DNA of 64,000 nucleotides from Synechococcus sp. Its GTDB lineage: Bacteria; Cyanobacteriota; Cyanobacteriia; PCC-6307; Cyanobiaceae. Location of the stretch: positions 1,752,203-1,816,202 of the forward strand of contig JBJBEO010000001.1 of assembly GCA_047284725.1 (NCBI GenBank), given 5' to 3'. Below the pieces are notes generated by a model. It was not told the DNA's origin. It worked only from the letters and a program-made list of their open reading frames with translations, and searched no databases. The translations under genes and the position numbers were made by a program. This document shows, piece by piece, positions 8,718 through 19,074 of this stretch (positions are counted from its first letter, which is position 1; each line of letters begins with the position of its first letter).

Positions 8718-9515
8718 TCACTGCACCGATCCCCCTTGATTCACCTGGAGAAAACAGTGCTCCGGCAGGCCTGATCCACGGATGCGGAAGCTGAGATCAT
8801 CCACCTTGCGCAGGCGATCCAGAATTTTTTCCGCCTGAGAACGATTACTGATCAAGGTTTTCGTGGAATGGGCAGCACCATTCCTCAACAGATTCACCGA
8901 GTTCAGTTTCTCGAACTGCGATTTGGAGGAATAGCCCAGATCGTCGTAGAGACGATGTTCTGCGCAGAGATTCAATAAATCCTTGAAATACAGGTAATGA
9001 CAGGGCGAATAGTTCAGCCCCTGATCGCGATCCCTGTGCAGCTGTTCCAGCCCTTTGTCGCCAATCTGGCCTTCCACCACCTCATGGCCCAGTTTGTACT
9101 CCACAAAGCGGGACAACAGCGTTTCCAGCATCACCACCTGCGAGAACACATACACCCGAAAGGCATTGCCATTGAAGTCGGATAAGCCCAGCAATCCCGT
9201 GACCCGCAGCCGATCGCGGATGAACACAAACGGCTTGTCGGCACGAAGAATCACATCCAAGGCCACTTCGATCGGCGTCTGGCCCGGGAGCATGTCTTCC
9301 GCCAGCACGGGAAAGCACTGGGGCCGATCAGCCCGCGCCTGGCGATACCAGTAGGTGGCGATCAATCCGCCGGGATGCTCATTGGCCACCGGCAACACAT
9401 CAAAATCATGGGCCGCCATGATCGCTTGGGCCGCCTGTGCATCCACATCCGTGCCGGCCATCCTGATCACCTCCCGCGGCACTGCAAGCATCTGGGCGTT
9501 CAGAGGCAGATACAT
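8718..9515 (-). CDS. CBS-pair + HEPN-like protein
   Basis: CBS-like AIMAAHDFDVLPV and VTGLLGLSDFN. C-terminal YLYFKDLLNL...LNSVNLLRNGAAH (Rx4H). Confidence 0.6.
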   Translation of the reverse strand: MYLPLNAQMLAVPREVIRMAGTDVDAQAAQAIMAAHDFDVLPVANEHPGGLIATYWYRQARADRPQCFPVLAEDMLPGQTPIEVALDVILRADKPFVFIRDRLRVTGLLGLSDFNGNAFRVYVFSQVVMLETLLSRFVEYKLGHEVVEGQIGDKGLEQLHRDRDQGLNYSPCHYLYFKDLLNLCAEHRLYDDLGYSSKSQFEKLNSVNLLRNGAAHSTKTLISNRSQAEKILDRLRKVDDLSFRIRGSGLPEHCFLQVNQGGSVQ

Positions 9516-9767
9516 CAGGGTTGAGGGAATGCAATCATCAAAGGCAACCTGTCAATCCCCCGCCTGAACTCGCCCCGAGGCTGCAGACGTCGACAGTGGG
9601 AGACCAGAGGTGCCGCTGAATGTGCACATGGGCTTTGATCCTTCACCCACAGATCCCGACACCCTGCTTCTGCGCCTTGTGGATGTGGAAGCAGATCACA
9701 CCCATGCCCATCACGAGCGTTAACAGCAACGACAGCACTGCAGGCAACTTCAGTCCCTGGGATCTGG

Positions 9768-10652
9768 ATGGCGTCCAACCCTGATCCAATCAACGGCCCC
9801 TGCATCCTCGGCATCGATGCGGCCTGGACGGCCCATCAGCCCAGCGGCATCGCCCTGGTGCAGCGCACCCAGGCCGGCTGGAGCTGTCAGGCCGTCGCCC
9901 CCAGCTATGAAGCGTTCATCAACCAGGCCTCAGGCCAGGCCTGGGATCCCCAGCAGAAGGCCACAGGCAGCAGACCCAACCCAGCAGCACTGCTGCAGGC
10001 CTCTCAACAGATCGCCAATGCGGAGGTCGGCTGCGTGTCGGTCGACATGCCCCTGGCCACCACACCGATCACCAGCCGACGGGCGGCTGACACCGACATC
10101 TCCAGGCGCTTCGGGACCCGGGGCTGCGCGGTGCACAGCCCCTCAGCCGAACGCCCCGGCGCCTTGGCCGATCGGCTGCGCGCCGACTTCGCCGCCCTCG
10201 GCGTCCCCCTGCACACCAAAGGCAGCGATCAGACAACCCCGGCTCTGATCGAGTGCTATCCCCATGTCGCCCTGCTGGCCTTGCTCAACTGCTCCTACCG
10301 CGTGCCCTACAAGGTGAGCCGCTCAGCCCAGTACTGGAGAGACGAGCAGCTGACGCGCCGTGAGCGGATCGCACGCTTGCTCAAACAATTCCGCGCCATC
10401 AAAGACGGCCTCGATGCACACATCCGCGGCATTCCAGAGTTCATCCCCGAGCCCTCCGAGGTGACGACACTGGCGTCGCTCAAGTCGGTGGAAGACAGAC
10501 TCGATGCCCTGATCTGCGCCTGGGTCGGCATCGAGCATCTCGAAGGGAGAACCGTTGGCCTGGGGGATCACACAGCCGCGATCTGGGTGCCGCAGATCCT
10601 GATCACCCCTGACCAACCCCTAACAGCCGGTGGCATCAGCTCCTCGCCTTGA
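9768..10652 (+). CDS. DUF429 family predicted RNase H-fold nuclease
   Basis: ILGIDAAWT, VDMPL, IECYPH, EDRLDALICAW. Confidence 0.85.
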   Translation: MASNPDPINGPCILGIDAAWTAHQPSGIALVQRTQAGWSCQAVAPSYEAFINQASGQAWDPQQKATGSRPNPAALLQASQQIANAEVGCVSVDMPLATTPITSRRAADTDISRRFGTRGCAVHSPSAERPGALADRLRADFAALGVPLHTKGSDQTTPALIECYPHVALLALLNCSYRVPYKVSRSAQYWRDEQLTRRERIARLLKQFRAIKDGLDAHIRGIPEFIPEPSEVTTLASLKSVEDRLDALICAWVGIEHLEGRTVGLGDHTAAIWVPQILITPDQPLTAGGISSSP

Positions 10653-10836
10653 GCAGAAGAGCCGATTGCATACGTCGTTCCTCGTGGGAGAGGAAGTCAC
10701 CCCACATGCTGATCAGAAAGCTCAACGTTTTGAGGGCCTTGACCTGAGCGTCCGACCCTGGCGCGGTGGACTTGAAGTCCATGAACATCCTGTCGGCGAT
10801 GGTCTGCTGCTCCCGGCAGCGGGAATCAATGGTCAT
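10636..10836 (-). CDS. Small hypothetical protein
   Basis: 66-aa ORF starting 2 bp after the upstream gene. Confidence 0.6.
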   Translation of the reverse strand: MTIDSRCREQQTIADRMFMDFKSTAPGSDAQVKALKTLSFLISMWGDFLSHEERRMQSALLLKARS

Positions 10837-10838
10837 GC

Positions 10839-11072
10839 TCAGGCCTCAGGAACCACAACGCCTTCGCTGCCTGAGAAGCGCACAGACCAGAGCTCCTCGT
10901 TCGTCACCGCGCCGTTCTCATCCAGCAGTTCGGGATGAACGGTTCTGAGCCCGGTGCGGTCACTCGGCGCCTGGGCCGAGGACGCCGAGGTCAGGCGCAT
11001 CATCCGAAAGGCCTGCAGCAGCAGGCAGGCGAGACCAACGGCGTAAGCCAGCGGGAAAAGACCTGAGAGCAT
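10839..11072 (-). CDS. DUF2973-like small membrane protein
   Basis: N-terminal TM helix followed by DRTG..TVHPELLDENG..TNEEL. Confidence 0.7.
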   Translation of the reverse strand: MLSGLFPLAYAVGLACLLLQAFRMMRLTSASSAQAPSDRTGLRTVHPELLDENGAVTNEELWSVRFSGSEGVVVPEA

Positions 11073-11127
11073 CGATCACTCGGCCGAATATGAAGAAACG
11101 TTAACCACTGTTGGCGCCCATTGCGGA

Positions 11128-12150
11128 TCAGGACCGCACGCCCTCCACCACGGCCAACGAGCTGGCGGGTTGCGTCCAGGTCTTGCAGAAGGTCCACCCC
11201 GACGCTTCCAGCAGCTCGGCGAATTCGGATTCCGTCCGTTCGCGGCCCGTCAGCACCGACATCATGTGGATGTCGAACATCTTGGAAAAGTCGGACACGC
11301 CCAGGCCGGGAACGATGTATTCAGCGATCAGCACGCGCGCGCCAGGAGCGGATGCGGCGTGGGCGTTCTTGAGAATCGTGCAACAGGCCTGATCGTCCCA
11401 GTCATGCAGGATGTGCTTGAGCAGATAGGCATCCGCCCGGGGCACCTGAGCGAACATGTCGCCGGCCTGATAGGTGATGCGATCCGACACCCCGAAGCGG
11501 CTCGCCAGCAAAGCCTCTGGATTCTCCAGTGACGCCGGCATTTCCAGGATGGTGCCTGTCAGATGCTCAGTGGCCTTGAGGAGGCTGCACAACAGATGGC
11601 CAAAGCCGCCACCGATATCGCAGATGCTGCTGATGGCTTTGAGATCGAAGTGCTGCAACGCCGTGATCACTTCACCGGTTTCCCGGGTGGAGTATCCGGT
11701 CATCGCGTCATTGAAAATCTGCCCCACCTCCGCGTCCGTTGCGATCAGATCAAACAAGGGGCGACCGAACTCCCGCACGATGCCGTCGTCACCACCCTCC
11801 TTGACGATCGCCGGCAGATGTCTCCAGGCTCGATACATCGTCTCGCCTTCTTCCCAGAGGCAGGAGGAGCGCAGGCTGCCGGGGTGATCCGAGGCAAACA
11901 ACGCCCCTGTGGACGACACGCAGAAGCTCCGATCCGCTCGTTCCTCCAGCAGTCCGATGCTGGCTAACGCCCTCAGCAACCGGTAGGTGTTGGTGGAATC
12001 GAGCGCCAGCGTCTCCGCCAGCTGATCGGCACTGTGGGTGGTCGATCCGATCGCATCAAACACGCCCAGCTTGACGCCGGCGTGAAGAATCTGGCTGCGC
12101 CACCGTCCGGTCATCAGATCGAGGGCGTGCTGAAGATCGGAGGAGGCCAT
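11128..12150 (-). CDS. SAM-dependent O-methyltransferase (dimerisation + MT domain)
   Basis: DIGGGFG, GDMF, LKHILHDWDD, GRERT. Confidence 0.92.
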   Translation of the reverse strand: MASSDLQHALDLMTGRWRSQILHAGVKLGVFDAIGSTTHSADQLAETLALDSTNTYRLLRALASIGLLEERADRSFCVSSTGALFASDHPGSLRSSCLWEEGETMYRAWRHLPAIVKEGGDDGIVREFGRPLFDLIATDAEVGQIFNDAMTGYSTRETGEVITALQHFDLKAISSICDIGGGFGHLLCSLLKATEHLTGTILEMPASLENPEALLASRFGVSDRITYQAGDMFAQVPRADAYLLKHILHDWDDQACCTILKNAHAASAPGARVLIAEYIVPGLGVSDFSKMFDIHMMSVLTGRERTESEFAELLEASGWTFCKTWTQPASSLAVVEGVRS

Positions 12151-12214
12151 CACTCACCAGTCAGAGGAGATGCGTGCTGTCTAGCCATGCACAGCAACGG
12201 CCACAACAACGCCC

Positions 12215-14395
12215 TCACCCCTTGATCTCGATCGCGGTGGGGAAGGGGATCACGATCTCCGCTGCCGCCAGCTCCCGCAGCAGCTCCCGGTTGATCCAGT
12301 CGATCGAATCCTTGAACGCGGTGAAGCTGAGCCCCTCGGAGAACAGGTGGCATTTGAAGTCGTAGCTGAACTCGGCGATCGCCAGCAGCCGGCAGGCCTT
12401 CAGCTCGAATCCGGGTGTGCGATCAATGATGCCGCGCACCAGAGCCGGGATCGCCGCCAGCTGCTGATCGGTGGTGTCGTACGACACCGAGAGCACGAAG
12501 TGGCAGAGATCCACCCGATAGATCAGCTGATTGAACGCCAGCGTCAGCGACTCCTGCAGATCGATGTAATCGCGCCAGTTCACCACGTGAATCAGGCCGA
12601 TGCAGCGCAGCCGCTGCGGCGCGCCCGGCTCCAGCTCCACGGTGAGGCAGGGGTTGATCAGGTCGGGCCGCTCGTCGGCGTAGCGGCGCGCCAGGGCCAG
12701 CAGATCGGCGATCTGATCGGGGCTGAACGGAGACGCGTCATCCAGCTCCAGGTTCAGCTCCAGGCCCTGCAGCTGCGAGGCGCCGGCGACGGGGGCATGG
12801 CGCGAGAGGTTGTTGACGATGCAGTCTTCCGCCACCGCGTTCGGGATCGTGATCCGGCCGGTGACCGTTTCGATCTCCACCGAGCGCAGGCCGATCTTGG
12901 TGAGGAAACCCTGCTTGTCGCCGATCTCGCAGAACTCCCCCACCCGCAGCGGCCGGTCGGTCTGCAGCGACAGACCGGCGAACAGGTTGCTGAGCAGCTT
13001 CGAGGCGCCGAGACCGATCGCCAGGCCGGGCACGGTGGAGAGGGCGAGCACCAGGGTGGGCGACAGGCCCAGCTGCAGCAGCAGCTTGTAGATCAGGGCC
13101 ACGGCCACCACCCCCGACACGATCCGGCAGGTGGGCATCACCCGGTTGCTGGTGCGCGACAGCCGCCAGACGTCCTGACTGCCCGAGAGGCGCACCAGGC
13201 CCTCCGACACCGAGCGCCCCAACGCCTCGAAGAACAGAAACACCAGCAGCACGAACAGGCTGAAGTAGGCGACTTCAAACAGCACCGTGAGCACCACCAG
13301 GGGCAGGCCGGTGTAGTTGAGGTAGTCGTCCACGAACAACTCGGTGGCCTTGGTGGCGATCACCATCGGCAGCACCAGCACGAACCGCGTCCAGGCCAGC
13401 GAATCACGCAGCCAGACCTGCGCCGCATCCCCGGAGTCCGTACGGAAGGAGCGGATCAGCTGCCGGAACAGCAGCGCCAGCAGCACCAGCAGCAGACCAA
13501 TCGCCAGCACCGACAGCGCCAGCCGGAACAGGGTCTGGCCGAACAGCACCTCCGTCTCCAGGCCGGCGCGCAGCCCGGCCGGAAGGTTCAGGTACCACTT
13601 GGGCGGGAACAGGCGGCCGGGGGTGTGGATGAAGTCGGCATAGAAAGCGCGGGTGACGAAGGCCTGATCGCCGAGATCCTCCACCTGCCGGCTCACCTGG
13701 GCATACATGGCCGAGGCGTTCGCCACCGTGGCCGCCGAGAAATAGAAGTTGCTGTTGGCCGCATCCTCCGCCAGCTGGCTGGTGAGCACGATCGAGGACC
13801 CCGGCAGCGTCCACGACTGGGTGTCTTTGGAGCGTTCGTCATTCAGCGCCTTCATGGCGGCGGCATCGGGAATGGTGATCACCTGCCGGCTGCTGTTGAA
13901 GATGAAATCCAGCACATGCTTGAGCTGAATCGCCGCTTCGTCCTTGAGGTAGGAGCGCACGCCGAGTGGGAAGAGCGATCCATCCAGCGACGCCACCGCC
14001 GCATCGAAGAGCACCTCCACCTCCGCTATCTCGGCCCGGGCCTGGCGGTTCCAGAACAGGCCGCGGTCGTTGAGGTGCGACGCCTCCACGTCCTCGATCA
14101 GCTGCCCCACATCGGCCATCACGGCGTAGAAGTTGAGCAGGGTGTCCCGGGGTGAGTCCCCCACCACCTGCCCCAGGGGCGTGTGCCGCCAGAGATCGGC
14201 GCGACGCTCCAGTTCGGCATGGAACGGCTGCTGCTCCAGCGGAATCAGCGGCTCGGCACTGGCATAGCGCTGATCCAGGAGTTGATGGTCTCGGTTCTGC
14301 GGACCGGCCCAGAGCGGCAGCCCGGAGAGCAGGCAAACGCTCAGGAGACCGGCCAGAAACGCAACGATCCGCTTGCTTCTGCGCACGCCCGCCAT
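12215..14395 (-). CDS. mscS: Large MscS-family mechanosensitive channel
   Basis: SPRDTL, multiple TM helices, GLAIGLGA...NLFAG...DRPLRVGEFC...IGLRS...IPN, ending IPFPT. Confidence 0.9.
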   Translation of the reverse strand: MAGVRRSKRIVAFLAGLLSVCLLSGLPLWAGPQNRDHQLLDQRYASAEPLIPLEQQPFHAELERRADLWRHTPLGQVVGDSPRDTLLNFYAVMADVGQLIEDVEASHLNDRGLFWNRQARAEIAEVEVLFDAAVASLDGSLFPLGVRSYLKDEAAIQLKHVLDFIFNSSRQVITIPDAAAMKALNDERSKDTQSWTLPGSSIVLTSQLAEDAANSNFYFSAATVANASAMYAQVSRQVEDLGDQAFVTRAFYADFIHTPGRLFPPKWYLNLPAGLRAGLETEVLFGQTLFRLALSVLAIGLLLVLLALLFRQLIRSFRTDSGDAAQVWLRDSLAWTRFVLVLPMVIATKATELFVDDYLNYTGLPLVVLTVLFEVAYFSLFVLLVFLFFEALGRSVSEGLVRLSGSQDVWRLSRTSNRVMPTCRIVSGVVAVALIYKLLLQLGLSPTLVLALSTVPGLAIGLGASKLLSNLFAGLSLQTDRPLRVGEFCEIGDKQGFLTKIGLRSVEIETVTGRITIPNAVAEDCIVNNLSRHAPVAGASQLQGLELNLELDDASPFSPDQIADLLALARRYADERPDLINPCLTVELEPGAPQRLRCIGLIHVVNWRDYIDLQESLTLAFNQLIYRVDLCHFVLSVSYDTTDQQLAAIPALVRGIIDRTPGFELKACRLLAIAEFSYDFKCHLFSEGLSFTAFKDSIDWINRELLRELAAAEIVIPFPTAIEIKG

Positions 14396-14445
14396 CGCTC
14401 TATGAATGGACTGACGCTAGCCAGAGAGGGCGCAACCTCCACGCC

Positions 14446-15000
14446 GTGGCCGCCGTGCACCACCACCCCACAGCCCTGGCGGCGTCCTTCTGGCTGCTGC
14501 CAGATCCGGACGCCGCAGCCGCCCTCAGGCATCTGTCGGCCGCAGCCTGCCGCACGCTGACGGCCTGCACCCTGCCGCCCCACATCACCCTGGTCAGCGA
14601 TCGCCTCCACACGCCGGCCTCCGCCATCGATCGTCTCCGCCGGCTCGCCGAGCAGCGCAGCCCCGTTCTGCTCAGTCCCTCCGGGATCACCGCCGCCGAC
14701 CGGTTCACCCAGAGCCTGATCCTGCGCTTCACGGCCGAGGCCGAACGGGTTCTGCAGGCCTGGGTGCAACCCCTGCGCGACACCGCACCAGCGAAAGCTC
14801 ACGGCCGGTTCGATCCCCACCTGAGCCTGCTCTACAGCCAGGCCTCCCTGAAGCAGAGGCAGGCCCTGGCCGCCCGGCTTCAGGCACCGGAGGCCCCCCT
14901 GCGGTTTGATCAGGTGAGTGTGGTGAGCCATCCAGCGGCGATCAGCTCCCCGGCCGACATCGCCGCCGTCTCAACCCTGGCGCAGCTACCGCTCTCCTGA
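14446..15000 (+). CDS. 2H phosphoesterase (cyclic phosphodiesterase-like)
   Basis: Two HxT/S motifs, PPHITL and DPHLSL. Start uncertain. Confidence 0.75.
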   Translation: MAAVHHHPTALAASFWLLPDPDAAAALRHLSAAACRTLTACTLPPHITLVSDRLHTPASAIDRLRRLAEQRSPVLLSPSGITAADRFTQSLILRFTAEAERVLQAWVQPLRDTAPAKAHGRFDPHLSLLYSQASLKQRQALAARLQAPEAPLRFDQVSVVSHPAAISSPADIAAVSTLAQLPLS

Positions 15001-15008
15001 CGGGATAC

Positions 15009-15743
15009 TCAGGTGCGCGGGGCCTCCCCAGGCAGCAACGGAAAGGGATTGGTCTGCAGCAGCGGGCGAATGCCGAGCTGCTCGCGCCACGCGAGCAGGG
15101 GGGTCTGCCAGCCCTCCTCCCAGCGCTGGGCCAGCAGGGGGCTGGCGGTGGCGCCGAGGTTGAGGCCGTAGGCGATCGCCACCCCCACATCAACGCCTGC
15201 CTCGCCACTGGCTTCGCAATCGCCCTCGGGATTGCCATCCCCATCACTGACGCGGTGGACCAGATCGGCCGCGATCAGCAGGGCGCTGCCGGGCCAGCGC
15301 AGCTGTTCGGTGGTCAGTCCGTTAGCGGCCGCCTCGCCGGCCAGGGTGATCGGCAAGCCGGCGATCACGTGCCAGAGGTCGTGGGTGTGGCGGATGCGCA
15401 TCTGTAGATAGGCGTCATCCCCTCCGATCGCATCCGGCAGCTGCGGCGAGGGCAGCTCCCCCAGCCCCCTGGGATGTCATGAATCGGCCGTAGACATGGC
15501 CCAGAGATCCGGCCGGCATCGCCACCAGTTCTGGCAGGGAGGGCCACTGCCCCCAGTAGCGCTCCCGCACCAGCGGGCCGAGGCCGGATCGGCTTTGAGG
15601 CGATCGCGGGCAGCCTGGGCCACCTCCGTGGCGTAGGTGGCATTCAGAAGATCGAACGCGTGATCGAGATCAACCGGATCACTGCAGAGCGCGGCCAGGT
15701 CCACGGCCAGGCGCTTCAGCAGGGTGCGGTTGGTCGATGCCAC
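15009..15743 (-). pseudogene. Coq4-family protein, frameshifted
   Basis: LVAMPAGSLGHVY and YLQMRIRHTHDLWHVIAG..GEAA lie in different frames. Indels near 15580 and 15467. Confidence 0.75.
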
Positions 15744-15768
15744 AGCAGGCGCTCCTGAGTCGCCCTGA

Positions 15769-15954
15769 TCATGCAACAACCGTGCAGCTGGCTGCAGCCT
15801 CGGCGATCAACGGCTCCGACAACTGCCACAACGCTGCGACCTGGACCGGATCCGCCCCGGCTGCGCTGGTCTCCACCGCCAGACCGATGCCGGAGCTGGC
15901 GCCGGTGATCAACAGCCGCCGGGGACGGAACGCAGCGGTCGAGGAGGAGGCCAT
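15769..15954 (-). pseudogene. Internally deleted SDR oxidoreductase remnant
   Basis: RLLITGASSGIGL is joined directly to a C-terminal GADPVQVAALWQLSEPLI, matching both ends of the SDR at 25490-26488. Confidence 0.7.
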
Positions 15955-16036
15955 CGGCAGGTCGCGGCAGCCGCCAGACGCGGAGCGTCACGTTAGGCAG
16001 CACGGCACGATTGGGTCACTCCGCTGCCGCCCCCTG

Positions 16037-17827
16037 ATGCGCCGCCATCCGATGCGCCGCACCCTGCTGCTGGTCCTTGGCATCTGCAGCCTCTGCAGTG
16101 GAGCCACCAACGCTGCCGCGGCCAGCCGCGACGACCCTGAGCACGCCGATCCCAGCAGCAGCCGCGTCTCCACCGCTGCGGGCTCGGCCGTGGTGGTCAC
16201 CGCCCATCCCCATGCCAGCGAAGCGGCCCTGGCGATGCTCGCGGCCGGCGGCCATGCGGTGGATGCCCTGGTGGCCGCCCAGGCGGTGCTTGCGGTGGTG
16301 GAGCCCCAGAGCTCCGGCCTCGGGGGCGGCGGCTTTCTTCTGCACTGGAACGGCACCAACCGGGATCTGGAGGTGCTGGATGGCCGGGAGGTCGCTCCGC
16401 GCAGCAGCAGGCCCGGCGACCTGCTGCAACCCTCCGGATCGCCCCTGCCCTGGCAGCAGGCCACCGGCACCCCCAGGGCGATCGGCATTCCCGGCACCGT
16501 GGCCCTGCTCTGGGAGGCCCATCAACGCCATGGGCGCCTGCACTGGGCCAACACCCTGAAGCCGGCGATCCGGCTGGCCCGCGAGGGCTTCCGCCCGAGC
16601 CCCCGGCTGCGGCGGTCCGCACGCCTGGCCCGGCGCCTCGGGGTGAACCACAGCCCGGCCTTTCAGGCCCTGTATCTGCCCAACGGCCAGCCACCGGATC
16701 CTGATCAACCGTTCCGCAATCCGGCCCTGGCCCGCACCCTGGAGACCCTGGCCAGCGGCGGTGGACCCGCCTTTTACCAGGGCCCCCTGGCCCGGCAGAT
16801 CCTGGAGGAGATGGCCGCCCTGCAGGCCGTCGACCCCAGCTTCCAGGGCTGGAGCCCAGCGGATCTGGCCGACTATGCGGTGGTGGAACGCAGCCCGCTC
16901 TGCAGGGCGCTGCTGAACCACCGGCTGTGCACGGTGCCGCCCCCGAGCAGCGGAGGCCTGGCGGTGCTCCAGACCCTGGCCCTGCTGGAGATGGCCACTC
17001 CCGCGAACACACCAGCCGATGTCGGCGATCCCGAAGCCCCCGGCACCTGGTTGCAACTGGCACGGGCCCAGGCCTGGGCCGATGCGGACCGGCTCTACTG
17101 GGTGCACGACCCCATCGATGGGCCGATCCCCACGGACAGCCTGCTTGATCCCTCCTACTTGAAGGGCCGGGCCATCGCCATGCAGACCGCCACCAGCCAG
17201 CCCCCCGGGCCGGGGCTGCCGCCCGGCCGGCGGACCTATCCCTTCGCCCTGCCGGAACCGGGCCGCGAACAGGGCACCAGCCAGATCACGATCGCCGATG
17301 CCCAGGGGAATCTCGCCAGCTACACCAGCTCCGTGGAAACGGTGTTCGGCAGCCGGCATCTGGTGGCGGGGATGGTGCTGAACAACCAGCTCACCGACTT
17401 CGCCTTCCGGCCCTCGATCGGCGGGAAACCGGTGGCGAACCGGCGCCGACCGGGGCGCAGGCCAATGTCGTCAATGGCCCCGGTGATCGTGTTCCACAAC
17501 GGCCAGCCACTGCTGGCCCTCGGCACACCCGGTGGCCGCAGCATTCCCCACCTGCTCAGCCGGGTGCTGCTGGCCTCCCTGGTCTGGGGGGAGCCGCCCG
17601 GGCGAGCCGTCGCCCTGCCCCACCTCTCGCAGCGCGGCCGCACCCTGGTGCTGGAACAGGAGCCGCCGCTGCCCTGGCCGGTCCCCCTTGAGCAAGTCAG
17701 AGGCAGCGAGGGGGCGAGCAACACCCGGCCGCTCGGCAGCGGCACGGCACTGGTGCAGCGGATCGATGGGCGCTGGCATGGGGCCGCCGATCCCCGGCGT
17801 GAGGGCACAGCCCTGGCCCTGCCATGA
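16037..17827 (+). CDS. ggt: Gamma-glutamyltransferase
   Basis: EPQSSGLGGGGF, catalytic GTSQIT, LNNQLTDF, RPMSSMAP, GAADPRREG; signal peptide. Confidence 0.92.
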   Translation: MRRHPMRRTLLLVLGICSLCSGATNAAAASRDDPEHADPSSSRVSTAAGSAVVVTAHPHASEAALAMLAAGGHAVDALVAAQAVLAVVEPQSSGLGGGGFLLHWNGTNRDLEVLDGREVAPRSSRPGDLLQPSGSPLPWQQATGTPRAIGIPGTVALLWEAHQRHGRLHWANTLKPAIRLAREGFRPSPRLRRSARLARRLGVNHSPAFQALYLPNGQPPDPDQPFRNPALARTLETLASGGGPAFYQGPLARQILEEMAALQAVDPSFQGWSPADLADYAVVERSPLCRALLNHRLCTVPPPSSGGLAVLQTLALLEMATPANTPADVGDPEAPGTWLQLARAQAWADADRLYWVHDPIDGPIPTDSLLDPSYLKGRAIAMQTATSQPPGPGLPPGRRTYPFALPEPGREQGTSQITIADAQGNLASYTSSVETVFGSRHLVAGMVLNNQLTDFAFRPSIGGKPVANRRRPGRRPMSSMAPVIVFHNGQPLLALGTPGGRSIPHLLSRVLLASLVWGEPPGRAVALPHLSQRGRTLVLEQEPPLPWPVPLEQVRGSEGASNTRPLGSGTALVQRIDGRWHGAADPRREGTALALP

Positions 17828-19074
17828 GCCTCTCCTGGCTGCAACACCTGTCCATCCGGACCCATCAGCGGCTGCTGCAGGGGCTGGCGCTGGTGCTGCC
17901 CTTTCCCCGATCGGAGCTGCTGATCGGGGCCGGAAGCAGCCAGCGACTGGCCGCCGAGCTGCAGCGTCGCGGCTGGCGCCATCCACTGCTGGTCACCGAT
18001 CGCACCCTGATGCAGCTGGGGCTGCCGCGGCCCCTTCAGGGCGCACTGGCCGCGGCGGGGGTGCCTTGCACCGTGTTCGACCGGGTGCCGGAGAACCCCT
18101 GCCTCACCAGCGTCGAAGCCGGACTGCAGCACTTCAGACGCGAGGGCTGCGACTCCCTGATCGCCGTCGGCGGCGGGTCGGTGATCGACTGCGCCAAGGG
18201 CATCGCGGCACGGGCCGGCAACCCCTGGCTGTCGCTGCAGCGGATGGAGGGCCTGTTCCGGGTGCTGCTGCCGCCCCGTCCGCTGGCCTGCGTTCCCACC
18301 ACCGCCGGTTCCGGCTCCGAGGCCTCGATCGCCGCAGTGTTCACGGATCCGGTGAACCAACGCAAACGGACCATCGCCGACCTCAAGCTGATTCCCCGTG
18401 TCGTCGCCATCGATCCGGATCTGATGCTGGGGCTGCCCCCGGCGGTGACCGCCTCCGGTGGCATGGACGCCCTCACCCATGCGGTGGAGTCCTACATCGG
18501 TTGCAGCGGCACCCCCTTCAGCCGTCGCAAGGCCCTCTCGGCCCTGGGCCGCATCGCCGTCTGGCTGCCCCATGCCTACCGGCAGGGAGACAACCTGGAG
18601 GCTCGACTGCAGATGGCCCTGGCGGCCCATGAGGCGGGCCAGGCCTTCACCCGCACCAACGTGGGCTACGCCCATGCCATCGCCCATGCGCTCGGTTGCG
18701 TCTACGGCATTCCCCACGGTCTCGCCAATGCCATGGTGCTGCCGGCGGTGCTGCGCTGGTCGAAGCCGGCCTGTGAAGCGAAGCTCGCTTCTCTGGCCCG
18801 GGCCATCGGCCTGGAGGTCGAGGCCCCCAGCGATGCGGCGCTGGCGGAGCGGTTCATCGCCTGGGTGGATGATCTGAACCGGCAGCTGGGCATCCCGACC
18901 ACCGTGGCGCCACTGCGCAGCGACGCCATCCCGGCGATCGCCCTTGCTGTTCTCCGCGAAGCCCATCCCGACTATCCGGTGCCGCGCCTGATGGATCAGG
19001 CCGACTGCGCCGCGCTGCTGCGGCGGTTGCAGGCCAGGGACGCCATCATCAACCCCTCCACCGGCCAGCCCTGA
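17824..19074 (+). CDS. Iron-containing alcohol dehydrogenase
   Basis: AVGGGSVIDCAK, PTTAGSGSE, GMDALTHAVE, HAIAH, PHG. Confidence 0.93.
   Translation: MSLSWLQHLSIRTHQRLLQGLALVLPFPRSELLIGAGSSQRLAAELQRRGWRHPLLVTDRTLMQLGLPRPLQGALAAAGVPCTVFDRVPENPCLTSVEAGLQHFRREGCDSLIAVGGGSVIDCAKGIAARAGNPWLSLQRMEGLFRVLLPPRPLACVPTTAGSGSEASIAAVFTDPVNQRKRTIADLKLIPRVVAIDPDLMLGLPPAVTASGGMDALTHAVESYIGCSGTPFSRRKALSALGRIAVWLPHAYRQGDNLEARLQMALAAHEAGQAFTRTNVGYAHAIAHALGCVYGIPHGLANAMVLPAVLRWSKPACEAKLASLARAIGLEVEAPSDAALAERFIAWVDDLNRQLGIPTTVAPLRSDAIPAIALAVLREAHPDYPVPRLMDQADCAALLRRLQARDAIINPSTGQP

Noticed and set aside
12347..14155. 602-aa plus-strand ORF
   Set aside because: Antisense shadow of the MscS gene in high-GC DNA; no motifs.
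15737..16036. N-terminal extension of ggt in the ORF track
   Set aside because: Overlaps the antisense SDR remnant; the signal peptide begins at ~16037-16052.
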